From the human T2T-CHM13v2.0 reference genome, Homo sapiens, in assembly GCF_009914755.1 (NCBI RefSeq), contig NC_060931.1: 64,000 nucleotides of DNA; one strand, written 5' to 3'. Under the pieces are notes generated by a model. The model did no database searches, was not told where the DNA came from, and saw only the letters and a program-made list of their open reading frames with translations. Both the position numbers and the translations under genes were made by a program. This document shows, piece after piece, positions 1 through 13,243 of this stretch (its first letter is position 1; each line of letters starts with the position of its first letter).

Positions 1-46
1 GTAGAGACCGGGTTTTACCTGACAGGTGTGAGCCACCATGTCTGGC
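1..46 (-). mobile_element. Alu fragment (cut by window edge, internally deleted)
   Basis: gtagagaccgggtttt...acaggtgtgagccaccatgtctggc = antisense Alu left-arm motifs. Confidence 0.7.
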
Positions 47-1764
47 TTGATTCTATGTATTTCTGACATGATTATGTTATTTTTTACTCAGTTGTTTTCA
101 TTCTTCTTCTCAATTCCTCTTATTATAGCTTCATTGGATCTATTCTCCCTTTGACATCTTCCAGTTTTTTCATTTTCAGAAAATTTTGTCTTTTCTTAGT
201 TTCTTCTGAGTTCTGTCAACTCTTGTTTCTTATGGTTATGTTTTTATGTCTTTTTTGCTTTATGTTTTTAAAATGTTCTACTACAACCTAAAAACATCTG
301 AAAATACTCACTTAAAGATATTTATTTCAGTTTAAGGTGTTGTATTTTATGGATGTCTTATGGTGAGAATTTTCATCATCTGAAATACTTGATTCTCACT
401 TTCTGTTTTTTTTCTAATACTAACTTGCATAGATATTGTTGCTATTTTCTGTGCATTTTAAAATGTATTTATTTCTGCCAAACAATAGTAGGCAGATATG
501 ATGGGTCTGGGTGGATTACCAGGTTTCTTATGAACATCCTTCGTTGGTATAATAAAGTGCAATTTAGAAAAGATGGTGTTCTTTTTTGTGGAGGAGGAGG
601 TGTGGCTTGGAAAAGTGTGTATGTCTTCTGAATTTGAGAATTTTTTTTTGGTAGGACCTTAATTTTCACTGCTTATAATTCTTTCCCATGGTCACCAAGA
701 CTAAAAAGTACTACCACCACTTTGAAGTTCTCTCTGACCTCAGAGTGGTACCTTCGTGAGAACCCAACCCCTGATTCGACACTCTTTTCTCTTTCTATTA
801 CCCCCATTTCAGGGAAATCTGCCGGGTCTCAGACCTGTTCTAAGAATTTCTCCATTCAGTGTTGAACTCATTTTTGGAAGATTGTGTGATTTAATTTTTA
901 TCACTGTTAACATCATAATGCACTTTATTTATTTAATTTTTCAGACTTCCTTTGTTGCTACTGTAGTACGTGCACTGAAGCTGGCTCTGCTGGATTTGAA
1001 GTGTTTGTTTTCCAACTCGCATGGAACTTTATGTTTGTAATATCCTCTGTCATGCACTAAGCATAGTTACATGTCAATTCATTTGCTCTCCTTGTTTTTC
1101 TGTATAGTTTTAGAAGGATTTATTAAAAGATTTAGATGTAGGTGACCGATACTGTCCTATAGATGTCCTGGAGGTTTTTATCTTTTATTTCTTCAGGGAT
1201 GTTTTTAAAATTGTTTTGAATCTTATTATTTCTTTTTAGAAGTTAGATATCAGGTAAAGTGCCTATATATTGACAGTAAGTCCTCTCTTATTTTTGCTGG
1301 CAACTTAAAAATTTTCTCTTTTCCTTCGTTTTCAGCACTTTTGCTATGATGGGCCTTCCATTTCCTCCTGCTTATGGTTCATGGCGCTTTTCAGTTTATG
1401 GCTTGATGTCTTTAATCAAACCATAAATATTCTCAACCATTATATTTTTAAATATTGAGGCTGACCCAGTTTCTCTCTGCTCTTCTTTTGCAACTCGAAT
1501 TACATGTATTTTAGGCCTCTTCTCTATACTCCTTGTCCTCTTCTTAGTATTTTTGTTCCTTTTATCTTCCTTTTTGATATTTTTTCTTTCTAGATATTTT
1601 TTCTGATCTGTCTTCATTTTACTATTTCTCTATTCAGAGTGCCTAATGTGCTATTAAACCCATTTATCAAGTTCTTAATTTCGGTTATAGTACTTTCCAT
1701 GTATAGAGTTTACATATTCTTATATTTTCTAGTTCTTTGCTGAAATTCTCAACATTTTCTTTTC

Positions 1765-1877
1765 TAGGGTGACCAACCCTCTTGGTTTACCAGGAATGAG
1801 GGACTTCCTGGGACACAGGACTTTCAATACCAAAACTCAGAAAATTCCAGACAAATTGGAATGAATTGGTTATCCTA
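1765..1877 (+). mobile_element. MER81-like hAT-Blackjack MITE
   Basis: TIRs tagggtgaccaac ... ttggttatccta, 113 bp, internal gggacacaggactttca motif. Confidence 0.8.
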
Positions 1878-1916
1878 CTTTTATCTCCTTAAGCTTATTA
1901 AGGAGCATTATGTTAG

Positions 1917-2400
<484 letters not shown>

Positions 2401-4536
2401 TTTCTATCATTTTCTTCCTGCTGCCTTTCTTTTTATGATATCTTGTCTCCTGGTATGTTTGGTTACTTTGAACTGTGTTGAAAAATATAGTTTTAAAGTA
2501 GTTTATAAAAATAATTTGAAGCCTACCATAAGGTTATTCTTTGCCACAGAGAATTTATGTTTGTCAGATGTGTGAGGCCATCACTCTAGGAAGCCGGATA
2601 CTTTAGAAAAATGGGATTATCTTAATCTAATGATGATTCCAAGCTGAGACAAATCTTCTGCAAGAAGCTGACTACATCCCTTTATTTTTAATTCTAAGAT
2701 TAACTCTTTGAGTTCTCAAACAAAGCATTGGGGGTTTGCCAAGGCCATCTCATTTTGTTGAGCCCTAGATTCCAATCTCTGTTTTACTAATTCTGTAAGA
2801 CTATTAAAAATACTACAAAACTTTTAAGCTGTTCCCTTCATTTTAAGCAAATACATTCTGTTTTAAAAAATTTAAAAATTGTTAATTAAAAAAATCCTTA
2901 GCTCTTCTTCCTTCTTTCAGTGTTACATAAGCAAAAGAGAAAGATAGATAGAGAGTAGGGAAGGAATCATTAAGTCTATATTCCTAGAAACAAATCATTC
3001 ACAAATTCATCTGTTCTTTAGGCTCAGTTTTTCTTTTTCCTATTGCCAGAAAAATCTCCACTTCTCAGAGCCATTACCTTTTGTTCTAGCTAATTCTTAA
3101 AGCTTCAAAGAAGTTTATACAGCCAGAAGAGGAGAAATCTGAGCATTGCTTTTCTTGGGCTCGCTCTTGCTTTCTCTTTAGCCTCTCATTGCTATAGGAA
3201 TTGGGGCAGTCATGAATATCTTAGCTCACTTGCTGGAGTGCTTCACCTCCCAGTTTCAAGTTGGTCATATTTCCTGTTTATCCCCTACTGTCTAGCTTTG
3301 GAAAGTTACATTTCCTTAAGGTAAAAGAGGCAGATTGTGGTCATAGTTTGGTCTGATTAGTGCTGATATCCTTTGCTAAAGAAGGTAATGAATCAACAAA
3401 GATTGATGAGCAAAGATTAATCCAATAATCAGAACATGTTGGAGAAGCTTTGCCTTTTGGCCAGAGCCTGAGAAGCAACTGAGGTTTTGGCAAGATTAGA
3501 GTAATGGACATCCCTTGAGGCAGCCACAGATTTCTAAAATATGCAAGAAAGACTTTCCCTCCTCAGAGGAGTCCTTCCAGTAATCTTCCTATGCCCTCTT
3601 TGCAGAATGGGACAGAGGTGCATTTCTTGTGGCACAAGATACTTCAAAGGAGTTGTTTAGACTCGGAAGAATGTGCGTTTGTTTTTATAACCTCCTGGGT
3701 TGTAGTTATGAGTTAGAGAGGAGGGAAGCACACGTTGTTTTTAGGTTTTCTGTAAGTAACCACCACAACTCCTCAACAACAAAAGCTTCCCTTGTCACAT
3801 TGTCCACTTGGGCACACAAAGATCTTTTCCATATGTAGGTAGTTGGATGCCATTCTCATGAATTGATTAGTTGAATTTGAAGAAAAAGGTGTTTTTTGTG
3901 TCAATGTCCTTCTCAGATTTCTATTGTCGGGTGTTGTCTTAATTAAAATAAAAATTTGATTTGAAGTCCCTTTCTTAGCGATCTCTGGTTTTGTTTTATG
4001 TTTGGTTTAGTTTCATTTCCCCCTTTCCCTCTGCTGTTTGAAAATTAAGTTTATTTTAAATGCAGAGAATGCCCTGTTTATTCAACCAAATGGTATCTTT
4101 ATGTGGAAAAGGAAAAAAAAAATCCAGACTGCTTTCATTGCTGCTTGACTGTCTCAGCTGAATAGTTCTGTGGTTTGTTTTTTCTCTTTTGTGTGCATTT
4201 TTGCTTCCAGCTGTGCAGCACACATAAAACTGCACTGTGGTGAGACTCTTTGATAAACTATGCTACTTGAATGTTCATTGAACAAACAATTGCTCATCAT
4301 CTCTCAACATCAATGAAATAATATTGCAATGACTTCTTTTTTTTAAAAAAAAAAAAAAAAAGACTTGAACAACTGATTTTCCATTCACATAAAATTTGTC
4401 TTGGGTGTGTGCTTGTGGGAGTTTTGTTTTTGTTAGGAGTAAGGACTGTAATATTTCTTTTGATTGTTTTACCTGCATTGTGATAGTTTTCATTTTGTTT
4501 CGAATTCTATGTGTAAATACTTTTAGAATTCTCAGT

Positions 4537-5712
4537 ATTTGCAAATATTTTCACCCAGTCTGTGGCTTGTCTTTTCATCTGTTGGTAGTCTTTTGCTGAA
4601 AAGTTTTTAATTTTAATAAAGTAGAGCATATCAATTCTTTCATGAATCATGCCTTTGATGTTATATCTAAAAAGTCATTGTCACACCCAAGGTCATGTAG
4701 ATTTTCTCCTGTGTTATCTTCTAGGAGTTTTGTAGTTTTATATTTTACAGTTAGGTCTGTAAGCCATTTTGCATTAATTTTTGTGAAGGGTGCATGCTCT
4801 ATATCTAGATTTGCTTTATATTTATCTTTCTTGACAAAAATTGTATATATTTATGGTGCACAACTTGATGTTTTGATATGTATTTTTTGTAGAATGGCCA
4901 AATCAAGCCAATTAACATCTGCATTACCTCACACACTTATTTTTTTGTTTATGGTGAGAACACCTAAAATCTATTCTCCTAGCAATTTTCAAGTATATGC
5001 AATACATTGTTATTGACTATAGTCACCATGTTGTACAGTGGATCTCTTGAACTAATTCTTCCTGTCTAACTGATATTTTATATCATTTGACTAACATCTC
5101 CTCAATCTACCCTCTACTCCCAGCTTCTGGTAATCACCATTCTACTCTCTGCTTCTATGAGTTTGTTTTAGATTCCACATATAAGTAAGATCATATGTTA
5201 ACTGCTTTTCTGTGCCTGGCTTATTTCACTAAAATAATGTTATCCAGGTTCTTCCAGGTTGTTACAAACTACAGGTTTTTCTTTTTTAAAAGGCTAAATA
5301 GTATTCCACTATATATATATACCACATTTTCTTTATCTATTTATCCACTGATATACACTTAGGTTGATATCATATCTTGGCTATTGTGAATATATTCATT
5401 TTTATGCATTTCGATGCCTAGTTGTCTCTGCACTATTTGTTGAAAATACTACATTTGCTCCATTTTATCACCTTTGTTCCTGTGTCAAAGATCAATTGAC
5501 TATATTTATGTGGATTTATTTCTGGGCTCTCTATTCTGTCCCACTGACCTATCTGTCTGTTATCTTGCTAATACCCTATTGTCTGGATTACTGTAGCTTT
5601 ATAGTAAGTCTTGAAGTTGAGTAATGTCAGTTCTCCAACTTTATTTTCCTCCTCCAATATTGTGTTGGATATTCTTGACTCTCCATATATACTCTGGAAT
5701 CAGTTTGTCAAA
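4537..5712 (-). mobile_element. Old L1M ORF2 3' fragment, split by a younger L1MA 3' end (4813-5390)
   Basis: antisense ORF2 motifs tttgcaaatattttc, ggtcatgtagattttctcc, ctgtagctttatagtaagtcttgaag; inner piece has the L1MA-type 3'UTR ttgacaaaaattgtatatatttatggtgcacaac. Confidence 0.8.
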
Positions 5713-6378
5713 CACAGAAAAATGAAACTGGACACCTATCTCACCATAAACCAAAATCAACTCAAAACAGATCAAAAACTTATACATAAGACCTAAAACT
5801 ATAAAAATACTAGAAGAAAACCTAGGGAAAATTCTCCTGAATATTGGTCTAAGCAAAGAATTTATGACTAAATCTTCAGAAGCATGGGCAACAAAAACAA
5901 TAATAAACAAATAGGATCTAACTAAACTAAAAAGTTTCTGCACAGCAAAAGAAATAACAGAATGAAGAGATAACTGGTTGAATGGGAGAAAATATTCACA
6001 AACTCTTAATTCAACTAATATCCAAGCTAATGTCTAGAATACACAAGGAACTCAAGTCAACAGGAAAAAAATCCCAAATAATCCCATTAAAAAGTAGGCA
6101 AAGGACATGAATAGACATTTCTCAAAAGCAGACACACAAATAGCTAACAGGTATATGGAAAAATACTCAACATCACAAATTGTCAGAGAAATGCAAATCA
6201 AAACATGATGAGATCTTATTGCAGTCAGAATGACTATTATTAAAAACACAAAAAATAACAGATGTTGGGGAGGATATGGAGAAAGCAGAACTCTTATACA
6301 CTGTTGGTGCAAATCTAAACTAGTACAGCCACTATGGAAAAAAGTAAGAAGATTTCTTTAAAAACTAAAAACAGAAAA
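5713..6378 (+). mobile_element. L1PB/L1MA ORF2 3' fragment
   Basis: gaaactggacacctatctcacca...aaactataaaaatactagaagaaaacctaggg...gaaatgcaaatcaaaac. Confidence 0.85.
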
Positions 6379-7427
6379 TGGAGAGGGGCAAGATGGCCAA
6401 ATGGAAGGCTTCATAGTCATCCCTCCTGCAGAAACAACAAATTTAGGTTGAATATTTTGGTGACATTTGGTTAGCCATCATAAGAACCAAAAATCAGGTA
6501 AGTGACCATACTACCTGGTTTTAACTTCACAGCGCTGAAAGAGACGCTAAACAGGGTAGGAAAGACAGCCTTAATTTGCCAACACTACCCCTCCCCCAAC
6601 GCCCAGCAGCAGCCATGTGGTGTGGAGAATCTATGCATTTTGGGGAGGGAGAGTGCAGTGATTGTGGGACTTTGCGTTAGAACTCACTGCTGCCAACACT
6701 GGGCAGAACACAGCTGATGCTTAAGGAGGGAGTATTTAGACAAGCCCTGCTAGAGGAGAATTGCCCATCCTAGCCATTGGAACTTCAGTTTTGCAAGCCT
6801 CACCACTGTGGGCTAAAGTGTTCTGGGTTCTAAATAAACTTGAAAGGCGGTCTAAGCCACAAGGACTGCAACTCCTAGGCAAGTCTTAGTGTTGTGCTGG
6901 GCTTGGAGCTGGTGGACTTGGGGGGCATATTTTCCAAAGTGAGACATGAACTAGGGCAGTTAAGGGAGTGCTTGTGCCACCCTACTCCCAAACCCAGGCG
7001 GTGCAGCTCACACCTCTGAAAGAGACTCATTCCTTCTGCTTAAGCAGAGAAGAGGGAAGAGCAAAGAGGACTTTATCTTGCAACTTAGATACAAGCTCAG
7101 CCACAGTGGGATAGGGCACCGGGCAGAGTCATGAGGCACCTATTCCAGACCCTAGCTCCTGGATAATATTTCAAGACACACCCTGGGACAGTAGAGGACC
7201 TACTGCCTTGAAGGGGAGGACCCAGTCCTGGCAGGATTCATAACCTTGTGACTAAAGAGCCCTTGGGCCCTGAATAATCAGCAGCAGTAATGAGGTAGTA
7301 CTTGCCATGGGCCTTGAAAGAGACTCTGAGACATGCTGACTTCAAGTGTGATCCAGCACGTTCCCAGCTGTGGGGGCTATGGGGAGATAGTCCCACTTGA
7401 AAAAAGCAAAGGGAATAGTAAAGGGGA
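6379..7427 (+). mobile_element. L1 5'UTR (L1M1/L1MA/L1PB-type) without downstream ORFs
   Basis: starts ggagaggggcaagatggcc (L1 YY1-box start); ~1 kb GC-richer UTR-like sequence with no ORF1 following. Confidence 0.7.
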
Positions 7428-7880
7428 CATTTATCAGTTAATGGATGTTTGGCTTGTTTCCACCTTTTGGCTACTATGAGTAATGCTACTGTGAACATTA
7501 ATGTGCAATTTTTCCTTGTGAACATATTTCATTTCATTTTGATGTACATGTGAAAATGGAATGGTTGAGTAATATCATAATTCTATGTTTATATTTTTGA
7601 GGAGCTGACAAACTGTTTTCCAAAGTGAGTTCACCATTTTACTTTCCTACAAGCAAAGAATGAGGGTCCTTATATTTGTACCTCTTTGCCAACACCTGTT
7701 ATTGTCTTTTTTATTATAGCCATCCTACTGGTTATGAAGTGTTATCTCCTTATGGCTTGGATTTGCATTTCCTTGAAAACTAGTGATGTTGAACATGTTG
7801 TCATGGGTTTCTTGGTCCTTTGTGTAACTTTGGAACAATGCTAAGTCATTTGTCCTTTTAAAATTGGGTTATTTCTTCCT
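7428..7880 (-). mobile_element. Old L1M 3' fragment
   Basis: tgtttccaccttttggctactatgagtaatgctactgtgaacatt...atttgcatttccttga. Confidence 0.8.
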
Positions 7881-7904
7881 TTACTTTTTCTAAATTTTCC
7901 CTTT

Positions 7905-8200
7905 TGAGAAGCGTTTTGAGACATCTGCTTGATCTAATGAACATTCTTGTTTACAGTCTTAATGATTTCCTTTATACCAATCATTTCACAATCCTTTCAA
8001 TCTAACTTTATATAATGGCCCATCTAGCCCTTTGGTCATTTTAATTGCTTTTTCCTGATCTTCCTCTGATTTTGTAAAGTTTTTCCTGAGGTATATGGAT
8101 AAGAATTTTAGATGAAATTTTATTGCTGTGTACAAAGGAAAGGAAATATTTCTTTTTCCTGAGGATGCCCCAGCATGAGTCATATTGGATTTCAAACTAT
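7905..8200 (-). mobile_element. CR1/L3 LINE relic (RT C-terminal region)
   Basis: ORF 7986-8243(-) ends EEDQEKAIKMTKGLDGPLYKVRLKGL, similar to CR1 LERVQRRATKMIKGLExLSYEERLKEL. Confidence 0.7.
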
Positions 8201-8289
8201 TAGGGAAGTATTTGAAATGACTCTTGTGTCCTTCGTCAGTCATAATTAAAGCCTCCCACGTGCTAAATTAAGTTTATGTATCCCTTATG

Positions 8290-8530
8290 CAGGTAGAATG
8301 GAGAAGAGAAAGCCTGGAATTTTTAATAATAATCAGGCCTGTTCAAGAAGGCTGATTTTGCTACTTACCATTTTGTGACCTGGGGCAAGTTACTCAACCA
8401 CTTCATAAGTAAAAACTGGGATAATCATAACCACTTCAAAATATTGTTGTGAAGATTAAACTGATGATGACTGAAAAACAGCTCATAAGGTAACTAACAA
8501 TAAATCACAAATGCTCAACAAATATTAACA
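8290..8530 (+). mobile_element. MIR SINE
   Basis: core tgtgacctggggcaagttactcaacc...gttgtgaagattaaa...aatgctcaacaaatatta. Confidence 0.75.
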
Positions 8531-8748
8531 ACTTTCCCATGGGCCTACATAAAAATTCTTATTAGCTTTCCTTTCTACTTGTTGCTTTTGTGTGCTGTTA
8601 TGCCATTTCATTTTCCTACCACTTTAAGTCCATTTTTAAAGCTTCAGGTTTTACACTGATTACAGGACATAATAAAATTTACAGGTTAATCTAATGCTAG
8701 CACTGATTTCCCAGATACACTTTGCATGTTCTTTTGTTATTCTGAGAA

Positions 8749-8803
8749 GTGTGCGTACATGCACGTGTGCACACACGCACACACACACGTGCACATACCC
8801 ACA
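8749..8803. repeat. Alternating purine-pyrimidine (CA/TG/CG) tract
   Basis: gtgtgcgtacatgcacgtgtgcacacacgcacacacacacgtgcacatac. Confidence 0.8.
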
Positions 8804-9349
8804 CTCAGATCTTTTCTGTTCGTATAGCAAAACAGTCTCTGCCAGTGAATGTTCACTTATTAAAAATAAACTTTGGCATATCACTTTTTTCTCAGCTTGT
8901 TGAATAATATCCACTTTCTTCTTAAAGTGACTTTTTCAGAACCTTTAGTCTTCATTTCCAGTTTTGACTGACTAAACAGCTGTTGCCCTGAGATTTCATT
9001 TTCTTTGTAGCATAGTTTCCCTCTTTCTTGGACCTCATGCTTCTTTTTTTCATAGATCCAGTTTCATTCACAGGAATACTTTTCAGAAAGGGTGTATAAA
9101 ACAAAAATCTGACTGTTGTGCTGGCCATAGAATTTTAGATACAAAACTCATATCTCTTAGAATTTGGCTTATTTCCATCTAGCATTCTCATAAGGACACT
9201 AGTAATCTGCTTGCTGTTCATTTGTAAATAAACATGGACACCACTTCTCTTCTGAAGATTTAAGGATATTTCAAAATTTTTGTTACCCTAAGTCTAAGAT
9301 GTGTCTAAGAGTGGGATTTGATTGTAGTTTGGAGACTAGCATCTTTCTT

Positions 9350-11956
9350 TTTTTAAATTACTTTTCCAGCTTTATTGAGGTATAATTGACAAATAAAATT
9401 ATATATACTTAAGGTGTACAATGTGATGTTTTGATAGACATATATAGTAAAATAATTACCACAATCAAGCAAATTAATGTATCTATCACCTAGCATAATA
9501 TCACTTTTTTTGGTGATGAAAACACTTAAGAGCTACTCTCTTAGAAAATTTCAAGTATATAATACAGTATTATTAATTCCAGTCACCATGCCATACAGTA
9601 GATCGCCGGAATTTACTCATTCAGTATAGCTGACATTTTGACCAGCATTTCACCATTTCTCCCACTTCCAGCTCCTGTCAACTACCTTTCTACTCTCTGC
9701 TTCCATGAGTTTGATTATTTTAAATTCCACATATAAGTGAGATCATGCATTGCTTAGCATAATATCCTCTAGATCTATTCATGTTTTCACATATGTCAGG
9801 ATTTGCTTCTTTTTTGAGGTGGAATAATATTGCATGGCATATATAAGTCACATTTTCTTTAGCCATTCATCCAGTGATGGCCATTTGTGTTGTTTCCATA
9901 TTTTGGCTATTGTGAATAATGCTGTAATGAACTTAGGAGTTCAGGTATTTTTTTGAGTCCTGGTTTTAATTCTTTTAGATACATACCCACAAGTAGGATT
10001 TCTGGATCATGTTAGTTCTATTTTTAACTTTTTGAGGAAACTGCATATTGTTTTCCGTAATGGTTGTAACAATATACATTCCCACGAACAATGTGTAAGG
10101 GTTCTCCCTTTTTCATATTCTCATCAACACTTGTTACCTTTTGTCTTTTTGATTACAGTCATTCTAGAAAGTGTGAGTTATTACCTCACTGTGGTTTTGA
10201 TTTGCATTTCCAAGATGATTGGTGCTGAGCACCTTTTCATATCTGTATATCTTCTTTTGAGAAATGCTTATTCAGGTCCTTTCCTCACTTTTTAACTTTT
10301 TTAAAAAAATTTTTACTATTGAGTTGTGGGAGTTCCTCATCTACTTAAGATGGTAAGCCCTTATCAGATACATGGGTTACAAATATTTCGTCCCATACTG
10401 TAGGTTGTCTCACTGTGTTGATTTTTTTCCTTTGCTGTGCTTAGCTTTTTATTTTCATGCAGTTCAACTTGTCTATTTTTGCTTTTGTTGCCTGTGCTTT
10501 TGGGGTAATATCCAAAAAATCATTGCCTAAACCAATGTTTTCCCCTTTGTTTCCTTCCAGGAGCTTGACAGTTTCTGGTCTTATGTTTAAGTCTTTAATT
10601 CATTTTTTGAGTTGATTTTTTTATATTGTGTGTGAGATAAGGGTGAAATTTCATTAGTCTGCATGTGGATATACAGTTTTACCAGCACATTTATTAAAGA
10701 GAGTATCGTTTCCTCAGAGCATATTCTTTTACCCTTGTTGAAAATTAGTTGACTGGGTTAATTTCATTCTATTGATCTATGTGTCTGGTTTTATGCCAGT
10801 ATTGTACCATTTTGATTACTGTAGCTTTATAGTATAATTTAAAATCAGTAAGTGTGATGCCTCTAGTTTTGTTATTTTTGCTCAAAATTGCTTTGGCTAC
10901 TTGGGGTCTTTCTGGTTCATATGTATTTACGATTGTTGTTTCTATTTCTTTGAAAAATGCCACTGCAATTTTCAAAAGAATTGCATTGTATCTGCAGATC
11001 TCTTAATGTTTAGCCTATTAGGGATTTTCTGGGCACTAAGACTATGGATGTTCAATTCTATTCTCTGGTTTTGGAAGTTTTCTGTCATTATTTCTTTAAA
11101 TAAGCTTTCTTTTCCCTTCAGTTTCTCTATTTCTTTTAGGACATCCATAATGTATATATTGGTTCACTTAATGTTCCCATTAGTCACATAAGCTTTCCTC
11201 ACCCTTTTTAATCATTTTTCCCTCTAACTTAATAATTTCAAATAACCTGTCTTTGAGTTCAGTCATTGTTTATTTTCCTTCATGACTGAGACTCTGTATT
11301 ACATTTCAGGCCAATCATTTTATTCTCAGCTCTAGGATTTCTATTTGGATCTTTTTAATGTTTATTATTTCTTCGACAGACTTCTTATTTCATTCATGTG
11401 TTATTTTTCTAATTTCACTTAGTTGTCTATCTCTGTTCTCTTGTAGCTCATCGAGTTTGTTTAACACATTTATTTTGAATTCTTTGTCAATCAGTTCATG
11501 AATTCTTTGTCAATCAGTCCTTTACTTTAGGGTTGGTTACTAAAGCTTTTATTAGTTTCTTTTGGTAGTGTCACATTTGCCTGGTTCTTTGTGATCCATG
11601 TAGAGTGGGGCTGGAGTAAAGTCATGAGACTTTTCTCAGACAACACAGTTGGGTCTGAAGTCAGCATGCTTGTAACCTAGAGGCCTGGATACTCCTGGTT
11701 CCCTTGGCCAGGGGGATATGACTGCTTCTGGTCTGTAGCCAGAACCACAGATGGCAGGCCTGCTAGTGGTGCATGGACTTGCTTTCTCAAAGCAACCCTC
11801 CTTGGTCTTGGTCTCTACTGGGCTTTTGCAACCTTCTACCTAGATTCCAAAGTTTCCAAAAACACAGTTCATTCCAAGGATAGCAGCCAAATATTTGGTT
11901 TTTTTGGTGGGACATGGGCTGGTGACCTCTTGTTCTACTATCTTTCTGATGTAAAC
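9350..11956 (-). mobile_element. L1MA-type element with both ends, large internal deletion and 15-bp TSD
   Basis: TSD actagc[a/g]tctttctt at 9335-9349 and 11957-11971; L1MA 3'UTR at left, ORF2 end to ~10996, then ORF1/5'UTR-like sequence. Confidence 0.8.
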
Positions 11957-12607
11957 ACTAGCGTCTTTCTTAGGCTTTAAGAAATCTTTTTTTCCTCCCC
12001 CCTTTTCTAGTCCTCCCACGTCCTCTTCCTTCTTCTCTTCCTCCTCCCTCTTTATATTTCCTCCTTTCTGTTTTCTTTTTCTGGAACTCCTATAAGACAG
12101 ATGTTGAACTTTTGGTTTTATCCCTGATGTTTCTTAACTCTTCTTTTATATTTTCTTTTTCTGATATTTTTATTTTAGTTTCAGGGTAGTTTCTTTGGCT
12201 TTAATTTTTAGGACTTCGGGATTATACTTGCATTTCCATAAACTCTTTCTGATACTATGATGCTCATTTAAAAAAATGAAATCTCTTTCTATTTTACAGA
12301 TCCATTATATTTGACATTTCCTGGTGCTATTAGTTATATTTTCTAAAATGTTTTCATCCTATATTTGAATAATAAATACCTATTTCTCATAGTCAGTAAT
12401 TGCTTATGAATATCTGTCTTTTATTTTGTATTTGATTTTTTTCAAATATTTGGTGATCTTATTGTCCATTTGAAACCTTATGAAAGGTTTCCTATATGAC
12501 TTTCTACATGTTTTTTTTTTCCCCAATCAACATCTCCCCTCAATTTTCAACTTCTAATTCTGTGTTTGTGGGCAGGGCTTATCTTTAGTCTTAGCTCTCA
12601 GGCAAAC

Positions 12608-13243
12608 ATTTGTTCAGCTCCTGTGGAAGCAGTTTGGAGGTTTCTTGAAGAATTAAAAATAGAATTATCATTCAACCTGCAATTCCATTACTGGGTATAT
12701 ACCCAAAGGAAAGTAAATCATTCTGCCAAAAGGACAAATGCATTCACATGTTTATCACAGCACTACTCACATAGCAAACGAATGGGATCCACCTTGGTAC
12801 CCATCAACAGTATATTGGATAAAGAAAATTTACCCAATTTAGTACATAAACACCATGGAATACTATGTAACCATAAAAAAGAACAAAATAATATCCTTTG
12901 CAGCAAGCTGGATGCAGCTAGAGGCCATTATCCTAAGTGAATTAACACAGTAACAGAAAACAAAATACTGCATGTTCTCACTTATAATTTGGAGCTAAAC
13001 ATTGGGTACACATGGACATAATGATGGGTACAATAAACACTGGGGACTCCAAAAGAGGGAGAGAGAGGGCAAAAGTTGAAGAACTATCTACTGTGTACTA
13101 TGTTCACTATTTGGGAGATGGGTTCAATTAAAGCCCAAACCACAGCATCAGTGCAACAAACCTGCACATGTACCTCCTGAATAAAAACCAACCAAACAAA
13201 CAAACAAAAAACCACAAAAACAACAACAACAACAACAACAAAA
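12608..13243 (+). mobile_element. L1PB-type 3' end with (CAAA)/(CAA) tail
   Basis: ctgggtatatacccaaaggaaa, gaggccattatcctaagtgaattaac, aacctgcacatgtacc, A-rich microsatellite tail 13180-13243. Confidence 0.85.

Noticed and set aside
4211-4239. Possible 29-nt + strand micro-exon (ttttgcttccag|...GTG|GTGAGA)
   Set aside because: Isolated, not a multiple of 3, no partner exons; such site pairs are common by chance.
11476-11518. 23-bp tandem duplication (similar small ones at ~24047-24085, 25561-25610, 34048-34083)
   Set aside because: Ordinary slippage duplications with two units; not arrays, and nothing CRISPR-like in this eukaryotic DNA.
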